A DNA stretch of 64,000 bases from Sediminibacterium sp. Gen4 (GCF_013391385.1 NZ_JACBFI010000001.1:159961-223960); one strand, 5' to 3'. Counted from the stretch's first letter, positions 1 to 10,449 are shown. Notes: a model not told the origin generated them from the letters alone. Numbers and translations are program-made.

Positions 1-2
1 CA

Positions 3-296
3 CAATTTGCCGGTGGGCATTTCAGAATAAAAAAATGGGGGCGTGTCAAAATCGTCTATGCCTTGAAGCAAAAAAGAGTGAGTCCGGTCAATATTAAATC
101 TGCCTTAAAAGAGATTGATGAGGAAAATTATAAGGCAATTTTAATGAAGCTGGCTGAAGCCAAATGGAAATTATTGAAACATGAACAATATTTAAATCGA
201 CAAGCAAAGACTTCTCAATACTTAATGAATAAGGGATATGAGCCAACCTTGGTTCAGGAAACAATTCAACAAATTCGTCGTGCTGCAAAAGATTAA
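3..296 (+). CDS. recX: RecX regulatory protein, 5'-truncated by the window edge
   Basis: The frame is open from base 3 and reads QFAGGHFRIKKWGRVKIVYALKQK...KTSQYLMNKGYE. This matches the RecX motifs WG..KI...LKQK and YL..KGY. Confidence 0.9.
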   Translation, partial: QFAGGHFRIKKWGRVKIVYALKQKRVSPVNIKSALKEIDEENYKAILMKLAEAKWKLLKHEQYLNRQAKTSQYLMNKGYEPTLVQETIQQIRRAAKD

Positions 297-332
297 TTTT
301 ATCTTAGTAGTATCCTCTTTTGAAAACACTCT

Positions 333-1265
333 ATGCGCTTTTTGTTTTTGTTTATATGGCTTGTCTTATCCTGTCTTACGCATGCACAGGAAAAAAGATT
401 CTTGCGCAAGGAACTTTCATTTACAACTGATAACGATGCCTTTTTACTGAAAAAAAAGGACGCTTATTATACCAATGGTTTTTTTGTACAGTATCGCTTT
501 GCCGATACTGCCACTGTTCGTAAAAAAGTACATGCATGGGAAATCGGACAGATGATTTTTACGCCCTTGTCGAAAAAAGAAACCATTGCTGATATTGATC
601 GTCCGTATTGTGGTTACTTATTCGCCCGGTATAGTCAAACGATTGCTAGCACTAATGACGCAATATTACAGTGGCATGGTACTTTGGGTGTAATCGGTAG
701 TGCATCACTGGCAGAAAAATTGCAGAATGAATATCATAAGTTATTGGGGTTCCTTCGCTTTAAAGGATGGGAGTATCAAGTAAGAAACGCCATTGGCTTA
801 GATGCAGGTATCTCGTATGCTTTTACTGCTCTTTCGTTTAATGATATGTTCAAAATTGTTCCCATCGCACAAGCAAATTTGGGCACCACATTCACCAATG
901 CTAAAATAGGTATGGTTTTGTCTGCAGGAAGTTTTGAAAAAAACAACAGCAGCATTCTTTTTAATACAAGAGTGAACAATGGAACTGCAGCACCTCAAAA
1001 GAAAACAGAAATTTTTCTATACGCCTATCCATCCATTACTTACCAGGCATACAATGCTACTTTACAAGGCGGGCTATTACATAAAGGAACTGGCGCTGTA
1101 CTCGCAGACCCCAAACCTTTTGTATTGGAACAGCGATATGGCATAGCATACGCTGAGGAAAGAATCAGTACCAAAATTGAATTGATCTATCAATCAAAAG
1201 AAACCGACAGACAAACACGTGCTCAGGTTTATGGTTCTCTTCAAATTGGTTATCGCATGTTTTAA
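333..1265 (+). CDS. Lipid A deacylase LpxR-family (DUF2219) outer-membrane beta-barrel protein
   Basis: Signal peptide, the ND...D.YYTNG motif, GQMIFTP and DRPYCGYL, GWEYQ, and a terminal Phe. Confidence 0.8.
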   Translation: MRFLFLFIWLVLSCLTHAQEKRFLRKELSFTTDNDAFLLKKKDAYYTNGFFVQYRFADTATVRKKVHAWEIGQMIFTPLSKKETIADIDRPYCGYLFARYSQTIASTNDAILQWHGTLGVIGSASLAEKLQNEYHKLLGFLRFKGWEYQVRNAIGLDAGISYAFTALSFNDMFKIVPIAQANLGTTFTNAKIGMVLSAGSFEKNNSSILFNTRVNNGTAAPQKKTEIFLYAYPSITYQAYNATLQGGLLHKGTGAVLADPKPFVLEQRYGIAYAEERISTKIELIYQSKETDRQTRAQVYGSLQIGYRMF

Positions 1266-1293
1266 AACAGCAGTTTCTAGTTAACTTGCATAC

Positions 1294-2085
1294 ATGTCAT
1301 CACTTCATATCTCTTTGATACAAACCCAGCTTTTTTGGGAAGACAAAGCTGCCAATTTATTGATGTTGGAAGAAAAGATCAACAGCATTTCACAAAAAAC
1401 GGAGATCGTTGTATTACCTGAAATGTTCAGTACCGGATTTAGCATGAATCCATCTGCCTTGGCGGAAACCATGGATGGACCTACGGTTCAATGGATGAAA
1501 AAGATGGCTGCTGAAAAAAAAATTATTCTGACAGGAAGTGTCATCATTCAAGAAAATAATGAGTTTTTTAATCGGTTATTGTGGGTATTACCCAATGGTA
1601 CCATTGGTCATTATGATAAGCGACATCGATTTGCTTTTGCCGGAGAAGACCAACATTATTCCAACGGACATAAAAGACTCATTGCACAGGTAAAAGGATG
1701 GAAGATCAATTTACAAATCTGTTATGATCTACGTTTTCCGGTTTGGGCCAGACAACAATCAGATCATGAACCGGAGTATGATGTGCTTTTGTATGTAGCC
1801 AATTGGCCTGAAAGAAGAAACCATGCCTGGAAAACATTGCTTACTGCGCGTGCCATCGAAAACCAAGCCTATGTAGTAGGCGTGAATCGAGTAGGTGAAG
1901 GCGGCAATGGCATTTATCACAGTGGTAATAGTATGGTGGTTGATCCACTTGGTGAAGTATTATACCACAAAGAACATGAGGAAGATATTTTTACCATCAT
2001 ACTTGAAAAAAATACATTGACTGAAATAAGAAACAAATTTCCTTTTTGGAAAGATGCAGATGATTTTCACATCACTCAAGACTAG
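1294..2085 (+). CDS. Nitrilase-superfamily amidohydrolase (YafV/omega-amidase-like)
   Basis: Catalytic E-K-C motifs LPEMF, YDKRH and ICYDLRFP. Confidence 0.9.
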   Translation: MSSLHISLIQTQLFWEDKAANLLMLEEKINSISQKTEIVVLPEMFSTGFSMNPSALAETMDGPTVQWMKKMAAEKKIILTGSVIIQENNEFFNRLLWVLPNGTIGHYDKRHRFAFAGEDQHYSNGHKRLIAQVKGWKINLQICYDLRFPVWARQQSDHEPEYDVLLYVANWPERRNHAWKTLLTARAIENQAYVVGVNRVGEGGNGIYHSGNSMVVDPLGEVLYHKEHEEDIFTIILEKNTLTEIRNKFPFWKDADDFHITQD

Positions 2086-2088
2086 ACC

Positions 2089-3189
2089 ATGGCAGAACGC
2101 AATACTTATTATGCAAACCGATTATTTACAGGAAGCAAATGGCTGAATCAATATGTAGTCGTTACGGAACGTGGTGCTATTATTGATATTCTTCCTGCTA
2201 CTGCTATTCATGAACCATACACTGCTCAGTTCTCATTGATGGCACCGGCATTCATGGATATTCAGATTTACGGAGCTTATGATCGTTTACTTGCTGTGTA
2301 TCCGGAAGTAACTTCACTGGAACGTCTATACGAGTATTGCAAAAAAGGGGGTGCTGCTTATTTTCAACCTACCGTTGCCACTAATAGTTACGAGGTATTC
2401 AAAAAATGTATTGATGCCGTTCGTGCTTACAAACAAATGGGTGGTAAAGGCTGTATCGGTTTGCATGTAGAAGGTCCGTGGATCAATCCGGTGAAGAGAG
2501 GAGCACATCAAGAGCAATACATTCATGCTCCCACATTGGAACAAGTACGTGAACTACTGGAATATGGAAAAGGTATTATCACCATGATCACACTTGCGCC
2601 GGAGGTTTGCAGTCAGGAAGTATTATCGCTGATTCGTTCTTATGGTATTGTGATCTCTGCCGGACACAGCAACGCTACTTATGAAGAAAGTATGTTAGCA
2701 TTTAAAAACGGAATAGGCGCGGCAACTCATTTATTCAATGCCATGAGTCCTTTACATCACCGTGAGCCTGGATTGGCAGGTGCTATTTTAGACCATGAAA
2801 CAGTGATGTGCAGTGTGGTACCCGATGGTTATCATGTTGACTTTGCCGCCATTCGTATTGCCAAAAAACAAATGAAAGAAAGGTTGTTTGCCATTACAGA
2901 TGCTGTTACCAATACAACTACCGGCCCCTACCCACATACACTCAAGGGCGATTATTATGAATCCGATGGCGTATTAAGTGGGTCTGCCTTGAATATGGTG
3001 AAGTGCGTACAAAATCTGGTACATAAAGCCAATATTCCACTGGAAGAAGCTTTCCGAATGGCCAGCCTCTATCCCGCACAGGTAATGGGCTTGGCTCACA
3101 GAAGCGGAAGAATTGAAAAAGGATACAATACAGCATTGACAGGCCTTAGTGAAACGTTGGATGTAATTGAGGTTGTTGATGGTCCATAG
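2089..3189 (+). CDS. nagA: N-acetylglucosamine-6-phosphate deacetylase
   Basis: GLHVEGPWI, SAGHSNAT, THLFNAM, HHREPG and TDA motifs. Confidence 0.93.
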   Translation: MAERNTYYANRLFTGSKWLNQYVVVTERGAIIDILPATAIHEPYTAQFSLMAPAFMDIQIYGAYDRLLAVYPEVTSLERLYEYCKKGGAAYFQPTVATNSYEVFKKCIDAVRAYKQMGGKGCIGLHVEGPWINPVKRGAHQEQYIHAPTLEQVRELLEYGKGIITMITLAPEVCSQEVLSLIRSYGIVISAGHSNATYEESMLAFKNGIGAATHLFNAMSPLHHREPGLAGAILDHETVMCSVVPDGYHVDFAAIRIAKKQMKERLFAITDAVTNTTTGPYPHTLKGDYYESDGVLSGSALNMVKCVQNLVHKANIPLEEAFRMASLYPAQVMGLAHRSGRIEKGYNTALTGLSETLDVIEVVDGP

Positions 3190-3239
3190 TCCATGGTCGA
3201 TAGTCTATGGTCCATAGCAAATGGTTCATGGCAAATGGT
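3177..3239 (+). repeat. Degenerate 7-bp tandem array (CCATAGT/CCATGGT family), 9 units
   Basis: tgatggt ccatagt ccatggt cgatagt ctatggt ccatagc aaatggt tcatggc aaatggt. Contains the nagA stop codon. Confidence 0.9.
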
Positions 3240-3241
3240 TA

Positions 3242-3286
3242 AAAAGGAAGAGGCAGTATCAGACTTTGATACCGCCTCTTCCTTTT
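3242..3286. terminator. Bidirectional hairpin terminator between convergent genes
   Basis: aaaaggaagaggc...gcctcttcctttt inverted repeat with A and T tails. Confidence 0.8.
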
Positions 3287-3349
3287 ACTATGGACTATAA
3301 GCCATCAGCCATTTGCTATGAACTATCAACCATGGACTATCGACTACTA
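3287..3349 (-). repeat. Inverted copy of the 7-bp array, 9 units
   Basis: actatgg actataa gccatca gccattt gctatga actatca accatgg actatcg actacta. Contains the stop of the S41 peptidase. Confidence 0.9.
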
Positions 3350-4815
3350 TCTATCATCCTCCTCACTTCACGCAACTTAATATCATAGCCCTCACGAATG
3401 GCTTGTGAAGAGGGTTTGATGGTTATATCCGGCATAATGCCTCTTCCTTTAAGTCGACTTTTGTCGATCACCAAACGATACAAAGGCAAACTCACTATAA
3501 GTCCGGAGTTGGGTAATGTGATCTTAGGAATATGCATGGCTGAATTACCATAATATCCACCGCCACTTTCTTCTCCCAACACTTTTACATTCGATTGTCC
3601 TTGTAAGTGCGATATGAACATGGTAGCGGCAGAAAAAGTATACCCACCTTGTATCAAATACAATTTACCATCATAATGATGTTTGGTAGCCGGTTTATAC
3701 TGATGTTGCTCATACCTGCGGTAATGAATTTTTCCATCTTTCATTTTCTTTCCGCCAAAATTCATCGCTAACCAATAAATAAATGAGGGTTTGATGTATC
3801 GGCTGTATTGCATTCGTCTACTGAATGCCACAATGCTATCGCCTACTTTAAAAGGCTTGTTGATAAGGTATCTGGTTAAATCAATACTATTATTAACATT
3901 ACCACCGCCATTCTCTCTCAAATCTATCACCAAGTTGGCAATGGAAAGACGATTCAGGGTTTTAAAACTTCGTCTGAAAAATGTTTTAAGTCTTCCTCCT
4001 GAAAAAGTGGTTAGACGAATAAAAGCGGTACTATGTAAAGTATCAATCAGCATCGAACGCTTATTCAACAAGCGCAGTTTTCTAATTTCTCGTCTCGTCA
4101 ATGTTGGTGTTGTATCGCGTATTTGTTTTTTTATTGTATCTTTTATCGGACGATATGCTTTGATACTGGCCTCTCTCTCTTGTCCAAGTGAATCTAGGTA
4201 TTGGATAACATATATCGAATCGCCATCACCCCAAATGGTTTTATACCAACCGGGAAAATTACCACTAATGACCTGACTTTTATGATTGGTGATATACCCA
4301 TCCGTACTGATATACTGATAAAGGGTATCTAAAATTTCTACAGGTGATCTTCCATTGATAGCTGTTACAATGGTTCCTCTTTTGAAAATTGAATCATTGT
4401 TATAAGCACTCCCCAATACTACCAAGCTATCATCCCAGGCCTTTAATGCCAATGGAAATTGAGGAAAGCGGTAGCGGTTGGCTATTTTACCATATGCTTT
4501 AGAAAATCGAACGGTGGTATGTCCGCAGCGAATGGTTGCGATCAATTTAGACAATCGGTTTTTATACTCTACTTCGTTCAGAGAATCGGTAATATTTGCA
4601 ATGGTTGTTTCAAAATAATAATCGATACTGTCTTTAGACGTGTACCAATATAAACTTGGGTGATTGGCTTCCAGCACTTTTTTAAGAATACGAATATCTT
4701 CCTTTAAATCTGCCACTGCCATTTTGGGAAGTGGAGGATAAAAATTTTGCGCAGGTACTGATGCTGAAACAATCAGCATAAAAACAACTGGTATAAATCT
4801 TTGGATAAAATTCAT
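3337..4815 (-). CDS. S41-family peptidase, secreted
   Basis: Signal peptide, HPSLY, RCGHT, LVIDLRENGGG, TFSAA catalytic Ser region and GEESGG. Confidence 0.85.
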   Translation of the reverse strand: MNFIQRFIPVVFMLIVSASVPAQNFYPPLPKMAVADLKEDIRILKKVLEANHPSLYWYTSKDSIDYYFETTIANITDSLNEVEYKNRLSKLIATIRCGHTTVRFSKAYGKIANRYRFPQFPLALKAWDDSLVVLGSAYNNDSIFKRGTIVTAINGRSPVEILDTLYQYISTDGYITNHKSQVISGNFPGWYKTIWGDGDSIYVIQYLDSLGQEREASIKAYRPIKDTIKKQIRDTTPTLTRREIRKLRLLNKRSMLIDTLHSTAFIRLTTFSGGRLKTFFRRSFKTLNRLSIANLVIDLRENGGGNVNNSIDLTRYLINKPFKVGDSIVAFSRRMQYSRYIKPSFIYWLAMNFGGKKMKDGKIHYRRYEQHQYKPATKHHYDGKLYLIQGGYTFSAATMFISHLQGQSNVKVLGEESGGGYYGNSAMHIPKITLPNSGLIVSLPLYRLVIDKSRLKGRGIMPDITIKPSSQAIREGYDIKLREVRRMIDSSR

Positions 4816-4821
4816 AGACTT

Positions 4822-5856
4822 CTACTGCTGAAAAGCATTCCATCCCTGTGCAGTAATATCAAAACTGTTTCCTCCTTTGGTCAATAGCTTGCAACCCTCT
4901 TCGAGTTCAGCCATATAACCAATTACACTGATGTCTTCATTGAGTGTAATTTTATCATAGTCCTCTTGTTTGAGTGTAAAGATGAGTTCATAGTCCTCGC
5001 CTCCATTCAATGCGCAAACAGTAGGATCTAAACCAAATTTGAAAGCTGCTTTTCTACTATCTTCTGCAATAGGCAATTTTTCCTCATAAATACGACAACC
5101 CAATGCACTTTGTTTACAGATATGTAAAATTTCACTGCTGATGCCGTCGCTTACATCCATCATAGCAGTAGGAACGATATTATTTTGTTCAAAAAAGTCA
5201 ACGATCTCTTTTCGAGCTTCCGGTTTTAATAATCGCCCTACGATATAACTTTCATTCTCTAGATCAGGTTGAATTTTTGGATTTTCAAGATAAATCTTCT
5301 TCTCTCTCTCCATTAAAGTAAGTCCCAGATAAGCGCCCCCCAAATCGCCACTCACGCAAATCAAATCACCTTTTGAAGCAGTACTCCTTTTTACAAATTT
5401 TTCTGGTGCCACTTCTCCAATAGCAGTGACTGATATAACAAATCCTTTTGTAGAGGAAGAAGTATCGCCACCAATCAGGTCTACTTTATGTTTTTCACAA
5501 GCAAAGTGAACGCCTTCATAAAATTCAGTAATTGCTTCCAAACTAAAACGATTACTGATACCAATGCTCACGGTAATCTGCGTTGGTGTTGCATTCATAG
5601 CATAGATATCACTCAGATTCACCATTACTGCTTTATATCCCAAATGTTTTAATGGTGTATACATCAAATCAAAATGAATGCCTTCCAGTAATAAATCGGT
5701 AGTAATCACTGTTTGCTTCCCAAAATGATCGATCACAGCTGCATCATCACCTACACCCAAAATAGTTGACGCATTATGCGTTTCAAAATTCTTGGTGAGG
5801 TGTTCGATCAATCCAAATTCACCCAAACTCGCTATCTCTGTTCTTGTTTCACTCAT
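4822..5856 (-). CDS. thiL: Thiamine-monophosphate kinase
   Basis: LGEFGLIE, GVGDDAAV, EGIHFDL, NLSDIYAM, GGDT, DVSDG and GGEDYEL motifs. Start placed at MSETRTE (5856) rather than 5904. Confidence 0.95.
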   Translation of the reverse strand: MSETRTEIASLGEFGLIEHLTKNFETHNASTILGVGDDAAVIDHFGKQTVITTDLLLEGIHFDLMYTPLKHLGYKAVMVNLSDIYAMNATPTQITVSIGISNRFSLEAITEFYEGVHFACEKHKVDLIGGDTSSSTKGFVISVTAIGEVAPEKFVKRSTASKGDLICVSGDLGGAYLGLTLMEREKKIYLENPKIQPDLENESYIVGRLLKPEARKEIVDFFEQNNIVPTAMMDVSDGISSEILHICKQSALGCRIYEEKLPIAEDSRKAAFKFGLDPTVCALNGGEDYELIFTLKQEDYDKITLNEDISVIGYMAELEEGCKLLTKGGNSFDITAQGWNAFQQ

Positions 5857-5901
5857 AAAAAGGTAATTAATAATGAATATCGAATCATTGTTGTCCGGTG
5901 A

Positions 5902-6110
5902 CATCAGCTATGAGCTGCGAGCCTTGAGCTATGAGCCTTTTAATATTGAATTTGAAGCTTCAAATAGCATAGTTGCAATGATCAAATACTTCTTTATACA
6001 AATATTTTCCAAAAATTATTTTGCAAGCCCCACCATTTATTCCATTTATAGCAGATAGTCTACAATAACCAGCAATCATAGCTCGGAGCTCGTGGCTCAT
6101 CGCTCACAGC
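5902..6110. repeat. Inverted pair of 7-bp arrays (TGAGC family) at 5902-5936 and 6074-6110
   Basis: catcagc tatgagc tgcgagc cttgagc tatgagc ... aatcata gctcgga gctcgtg gctcatc gctcaca gc. Confidence 0.85.
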
Positions 6111-6893
6111 CTATTTTCCAACCGGACCTCCATTTACAATCGCTACAAGTTCGTCATGTATTTTGCCGTTGGTGGCTATGATATGTGGCTGGTAGGGCGA
6201 GTAATGATCACCTTTAAAGTCGGTCACTTTACCTCCCGCTTCTTCTACCATTAAAAATCCGGCTGCACTATCCCAGGCTTGTAATTTATGTTCATAGAAC
6301 CCATCAAAACGTCCGGCAGCAACCCAACATAAGTCAATAGCAGCACTACCCAGTCTTCTTACCGGAACACCTTTGCGGATCAGCTTTTCAAATACTTGTA
6401 ACGGACCGTTTTCCATATCCAGATAAGTATATGGAAATCCTGTTACCAAACAGCTTTTAATAACTTCCGTTTTATCACTCACCTGAATTTTTCTATCATT
6501 CAGTGTGGCACCAAATCCTTTTTGAGCAAAGTAAAATTCATTGATGAACGGATTGTATACTGCACCCAGTATCATTTCACCATCTTGTTCAATACCAATA
6601 CTCACACAACAAATGGGAATACCATTTGCGAAATTTACAGTACCATCAATCGGATCAATGATCCATTTATAAGAAGAGTCTTGAATGATTTCTCCTGTTT
6701 CTTCACTCAGAATAAAATGATCTGGAAAGTCTTGTCTGATCACTTCAAAAATGGCTTTTTCAGCAGCATGATCTGCCTCTGTAACCAGATTATTGATGCC
6801 TTCCTTATTGCTGATGGTAAATTGTCCGTTGAAAAAGTGTTGTAATTGTGCGGCTCCCGCCTCAGTAGCTTTGATAAGTGTTTGTTTCAACAT
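6111..6893 (-). CDS. suhB: Inositol monophosphatase family protein (SuhB-like)
   Basis: LVTEAD, SEE, WIIDPIDGTVNF, RRLGSAAIDL and WDSAAG motifs. Confidence 0.88.
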   Translation of the reverse strand: MLKQTLIKATEAGAAQLQHFFNGQFTISNKEGINNLVTEADHAAEKAIFEVIRQDFPDHFILSEETGEIIQDSSYKWIIDPIDGTVNFANGIPICCVSIGIEQDGEMILGAVYNPFINEFYFAQKGFGATLNDRKIQVSDKTEVIKSCLVTGFPYTYLDMENGPLQVFEKLIRKGVPVRRLGSAAIDLCWVAAGRFDGFYEHKLQAWDSAAGFLMVEEAGGKVTDFKGDHYSPYQPHIIATNGKIHDELVAIVNGGPVGK

Positions 6894-6897
6894 GGGG

Positions 6898-6905
6898 CAA
6901 AAATA
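6898..6905 (-). promoter_or_regulatory. Bacteroidota -7 promoter box TATTTTTG, 4 nt before the suhB ATG
   Basis: Exact match to the TAnnTTTG consensus on the minus strand. Confidence 0.6.
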
Positions 6906-6923
6906 ACGAACCTGCGGTTAAGG

Positions 6924-6958
6924 GACAAGAAACATGACACAAGACACAAGTAACGAGA
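6924..6958 (+). repeat. 7-bp array (CACAAGA family)
   Basis: gacaaga aacatga cacaaga cacaagt aacgaga. Confidence 0.7.
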
Positions 6959-7004
6959 GTGAATACAGTGCTTCTGAGTATTATTGCATATTGAAAACCA
7001 TCAT

Positions 7005-8156
7005 TTGACACTCAGTATCATCATAGTCAATTACAATGTGCGTGCTTTTTTGGAGCAGTGTATACGTACTGTATTGATGGCGTCCCAGAATATCGATACA
7101 GAGATCATTGTAGTGGATAATGGTTCTTCCGATAACTGTATTCCCATTTTACAGCCCTTGTTTCCGAAAGTACAGTTTATCAGATCAGATACCAATCTGG
7201 GTTTTGCCAAAGCCAATAATCTGGCACTGCAAAAAGCTTCAGGGTCGTTCATCCTTTTTTTAAATCCTGATACGCTGTTACCCCCTTCTGCCTTATCAAC
7301 CTGTTTGCAGCATTTTGCCACGCATGAACAAACCGGGGCAATAGGTATTCGGATGATCAATGGATTTGGTGAATTTTTACCGGAAAGTAAAAGAGCTTTG
7401 CCTTCACTCTCAACCGCATTCTTTAAGTTAAGTGGCTTGGCACGCATTTTTCCTTCGTCAGGTGTATTCAATCGATATGCACTCGGACATCTTTCTCCAT
7501 CGCAAAACCATCAGGTAGAAGTCTTAGCTGGTGCTTTTATGATGGTTCGGAAAAACATTTTGGATATGCTTGGTGGATTTGATACTGATTATTTCATGTA
7601 TGGTGAAGATATTGATCTGAGTCTACAGATTTCCAAAACAGGTTATACGCTGCAATACATAGGAGAGCCTGCCATCGTACATTACAAAGGACAAAGCTCA
7701 AAACACAGAACTGTTTTTCACACGGCTATCTTTTTTCAGGCCATGAAAATCTTTGTGCAAAAAAATTATCGTCTGGGTTGGATGCTGATCCCTTTTATTC
7801 AGTTGCTGAGTGTATGGACACAATTCAAGAAAAAGATTTCAAAATCCGGTTCAACGGAGACCTTATTGCAAGAGCATAAAAACTTATTGGTTATCTGTAA
7901 GGAAGAACACGAATCTGATATCCTTACTATTCTAGAGCAACAAAACAGGTCTCACTGTTATTTGTCCAGCTTATATCTCCATCAACAATCCATCCATATG
8001 CTGTCTAATGAAATCAGGAAGTGTAAAGCGGAACAAATATTGATCCGTATCCCTGATATGGATATGTCAGATGCCATCAGTTTGATGGAAAAAAATAAAG
8101 GGATATTTTTTCGCTTTATTTTTGCCGATTCTGCTACCATTAGCTTTAACAATTGA
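7005..8156 (+). CDS. Glycosyltransferase family 2
   Basis: SIIIVNYN, VVDNGSSD, NLGFAKANN, LNPDT, GAFMM and YGEDID motifs. TTG start at 7005 is preferred over 6984. Confidence 0.9.
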   Translation: MTLSIIIVNYNVRAFLEQCIRTVLMASQNIDTEIIVVDNGSSDNCIPILQPLFPKVQFIRSDTNLGFAKANNLALQKASGSFILFLNPDTLLPPSALSTCLQHFATHEQTGAIGIRMINGFGEFLPESKRALPSLSTAFFKLSGLARIFPSSGVFNRYALGHLSPSQNHQVEVLAGAFMMVRKNILDMLGGFDTDYFMYGEDIDLSLQISKTGYTLQYIGEPAIVHYKGQSSKHRTVFHTAIFFQAMKIFVQKNYRLGWMLIPFIQLLSVWTQFKKKISKSGSTETLLQEHKNLLVICKEEHESDILTILEQQNRSHCYLSSLYLHQQSIHMLSNEIRKCKAEQILIRIPDMDMSDAISLMEKNKGIFFRFIFADSATISFNN

Positions 8157-8217
8157 GCGCTCTGTTTTTACAAGCTTTTGATGTAGTTTCGTATATTCAC
8201 TTAACCCGAGTCTGACG

Positions 8218-9753
8218 ATGGCCATTTTCGATATCAAACTTCCCAATAGAATTCTTAAAGCATTAAGGCTGCCGCAAAACAATCCGCGCAGACAGCAGAT
8301 CAGGGTATTAAAAAAGTTATTGCGGAAAGCCCGATTTACTGCTTTTGGTCAACAATATCGTTTTGATGAGATCTTATTAAGCAAGCATCCTGGAAAAAAG
8401 TTTCAGGAACTGGTTCCTACTTTCAACTACAATAAAATACATCAGGAATGGTGGCATAAAACACTGGAAGGGATTCCTGATATCTGTTGGCCGGGTAAAA
8501 TCCGCTATTATGCTTTGAGCAGCGGTACCAGTGAGGCAGCCAGTAAATATATTCCTGTTACCAATGATTTATTGAGTGGCAATAAACTCGTAATGATTCG
8601 TCAGCTTTTTAGCTTGAGGAATTATGAGAATATTCCTTATAGTTCTATCGGTAAGGGTTGGTTAACCTTGGGCGGTAGCACTGATCTGCAAAAAGAAGGT
8701 CCGGGTTACTATGCAGGCGACTTAAGCGGTATTACCCAGAAAAAAGCACCTTTTTGGTTTCAGCCATTTTATAAGCCGGGAAAAAAGATTGCCAAACAAA
8801 AAGACTGGAATAAAAAATTAGAAGAAATCGTTGATAAAGCTCCTGATTGGGATATTGGTTTTATTGTAGGTGTGCCTGCATGGATTCAAATGTGTATGGA
8901 GATGGTGATTCAACGATATAAGTTGAATCATATTCACGAAATGTGGCCCAACCTTGCCTTTTTTGTGCATGGTGGTGTAAGTTTTGAGCCATATAAAATA
9001 GGTTTTGAAAAACTACTTGGTAAGCCCATCACTTATATTGAAACTTACCTGGCCAGTGAAGGTTTTATTGCTTATCAGGATCGTCAGTTTGCAAAAGGGA
9101 TGAAACTGGTGACCAGTGAGCATATTTTTATGGAGTTTGTTCCATTTGATGATACCAATTTCAATGCAGATGGTGAAATGATTGATAATCCTGAAGCCTT
9201 GATGATTCATGAAGTGGAAGAAGGAAAAGATTATGCATTACTGATTAGTACTTCTGCAGGTACCTGGCGCTATCTCATTGGTGACACCATTCGCTTTGTA
9301 GACAAAGACCGTTGTGAAATTGTAATTACCGGCAGAACCAAGCATTTTCTAAGTTTGGTTGGAGAACATCTCAGCGTCGACAATATGAATAAAGCGATTC
9401 AATTGGCTAGTGAAAAGATGAATATTTCTATTCCTGAATTCACAGTGGCCGGTGTTCCTTATGAAAGCTTTTTTGCACACCACTGGTATGTAGCCTGCGA
9501 TGATACTGTTGATAAAAAACAATTATTACAATTGATTGATGGCGCACTTAAAGAATTGAATGATGATTATGCTGTTGAAAGAAAAAGTGCTTTAAAAGAA
9601 GTCTTTTTGGATGTGCTCTCTGAACATCAATTCATGGAATTCATGCGCTCCAAAGGAAAAGTGGGTGGACAACATAAATTCCCTCGGGTTTTAAAAGGAA
9701 AGATGTTGGAAGATTGGCAAGCATTTTTAAAAAATGAATTGGTGACTGAATGA
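8218..9753 (+). CDS. GH3 (auxin-responsive promoter / acyl-acid amido synthetase) family protein
   Basis: SSGTSEAASKYIP, ETYLASEGF, YLIGDTI, GRTKH and QHKFPR motifs. Confidence 0.9.
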   Translation: MAIFDIKLPNRILKALRLPQNNPRRQQIRVLKKLLRKARFTAFGQQYRFDEILLSKHPGKKFQELVPTFNYNKIHQEWWHKTLEGIPDICWPGKIRYYALSSGTSEAASKYIPVTNDLLSGNKLVMIRQLFSLRNYENIPYSSIGKGWLTLGGSTDLQKEGPGYYAGDLSGITQKKAPFWFQPFYKPGKKIAKQKDWNKKLEEIVDKAPDWDIGFIVGVPAWIQMCMEMVIQRYKLNHIHEMWPNLAFFVHGGVSFEPYKIGFEKLLGKPITYIETYLASEGFIAYQDRQFAKGMKLVTSEHIFMEFVPFDDTNFNADGEMIDNPEALMIHEVEEGKDYALLISTSAGTWRYLIGDTIRFVDKDRCEIVITGRTKHFLSLVGEHLSVDNMNKAIQLASEKMNISIPEFTVAGVPYESFFAHHWYVACDDTVDKKQLLQLIDGALKELNDDYAVERKSALKEVFLDVLSEHQFMEFMRSKGKVGGQHKFPRVLKGKMLEDWQAFLKNELVTE

Positions 9754-10373
9754 GAATATTATTCATCTTATTATTAGCAGTTTGTTTGCAAGCGCAGGCA
9801 CAAGTACCAAAAGATGCATTGCTAAAAAGAAAAGCACCAGAAAGTTTTCAGGTACTCTTCACAACTACAAAAGGTTATTTTATTTTAGAAGCGTATAGAA
9901 GGTGGTCGCCCTTAGGCGTAGACCGATTGTATCAGTTGGTGCTCAGTGGTTTTTACAACAACAATATGATCTACCGTGTAGAACCTAATTATGTGGTACA
10001 GTTTGGCATATCTGATAAATTCGAATTGAATTTTTTCTGGGATCAAAAAAAAATTACTGATGAGCCTGTGTTATATCAACATAAAAAGGGAGTCGTAGCG
10101 TTTGCCCGTGATGTTGCTAACAGCAGGGCTACACAGCTTTTCATCAATATGGTTGACAATCCAACACTCGATACCACGGTTCGTTCCGGTGTCAAAGGGT
10201 TTTCTCCTATTGGTAAAATCATCAAAGGAATGGAAGTGGTGGCAAAATTCAATTCCAAATACGGCAGACGCATAGTCCCGATACAAGATTCCATTTATCT
10301 CTATGGTAATGCATACCTGGAAGAAAATTTTCCTGGTCTGGATTACATTATTGCAGCACAGATTATTCGCTGA
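9750..10373 (+). CDS. Cyclophilin-type peptidyl-prolyl isomerase, secreted
   Basis: FTTTKG, YRVEPNYVVQFG, RATQLFIN and FSPIGKI motifs. Start overlaps the GH3 stop (ATGA). Confidence 0.85.
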   Translation: MRILFILLLAVCLQAQAQVPKDALLKRKAPESFQVLFTTTKGYFILEAYRRWSPLGVDRLYQLVLSGFYNNNMIYRVEPNYVVQFGISDKFELNFFWDQKKITDEPVLYQHKKGVVAFARDVANSRATQLFINMVDNPTLDTTVRSGVKGFSPIGKIIKGMEVVAKFNSKYGRRIVPIQDSIYLYGNAYLEENFPGLDYIIAAQIIR

Positions 10374-10449
10374 GTTGATCCACTGATCAAACATTCTTCT
10401 GATTTTACAATTTTAGCCGTTATTTTCGGCATTTAACCGATACCCCTTC

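Noticed and set aside
5873-6058. 61-aa ORF containing SYELRALSYEP
   Set aside because: The periodic peptide is only the translation of the TGAGC heptamer array, and the ORF overlaps the thiL upstream region on the opposite strand.
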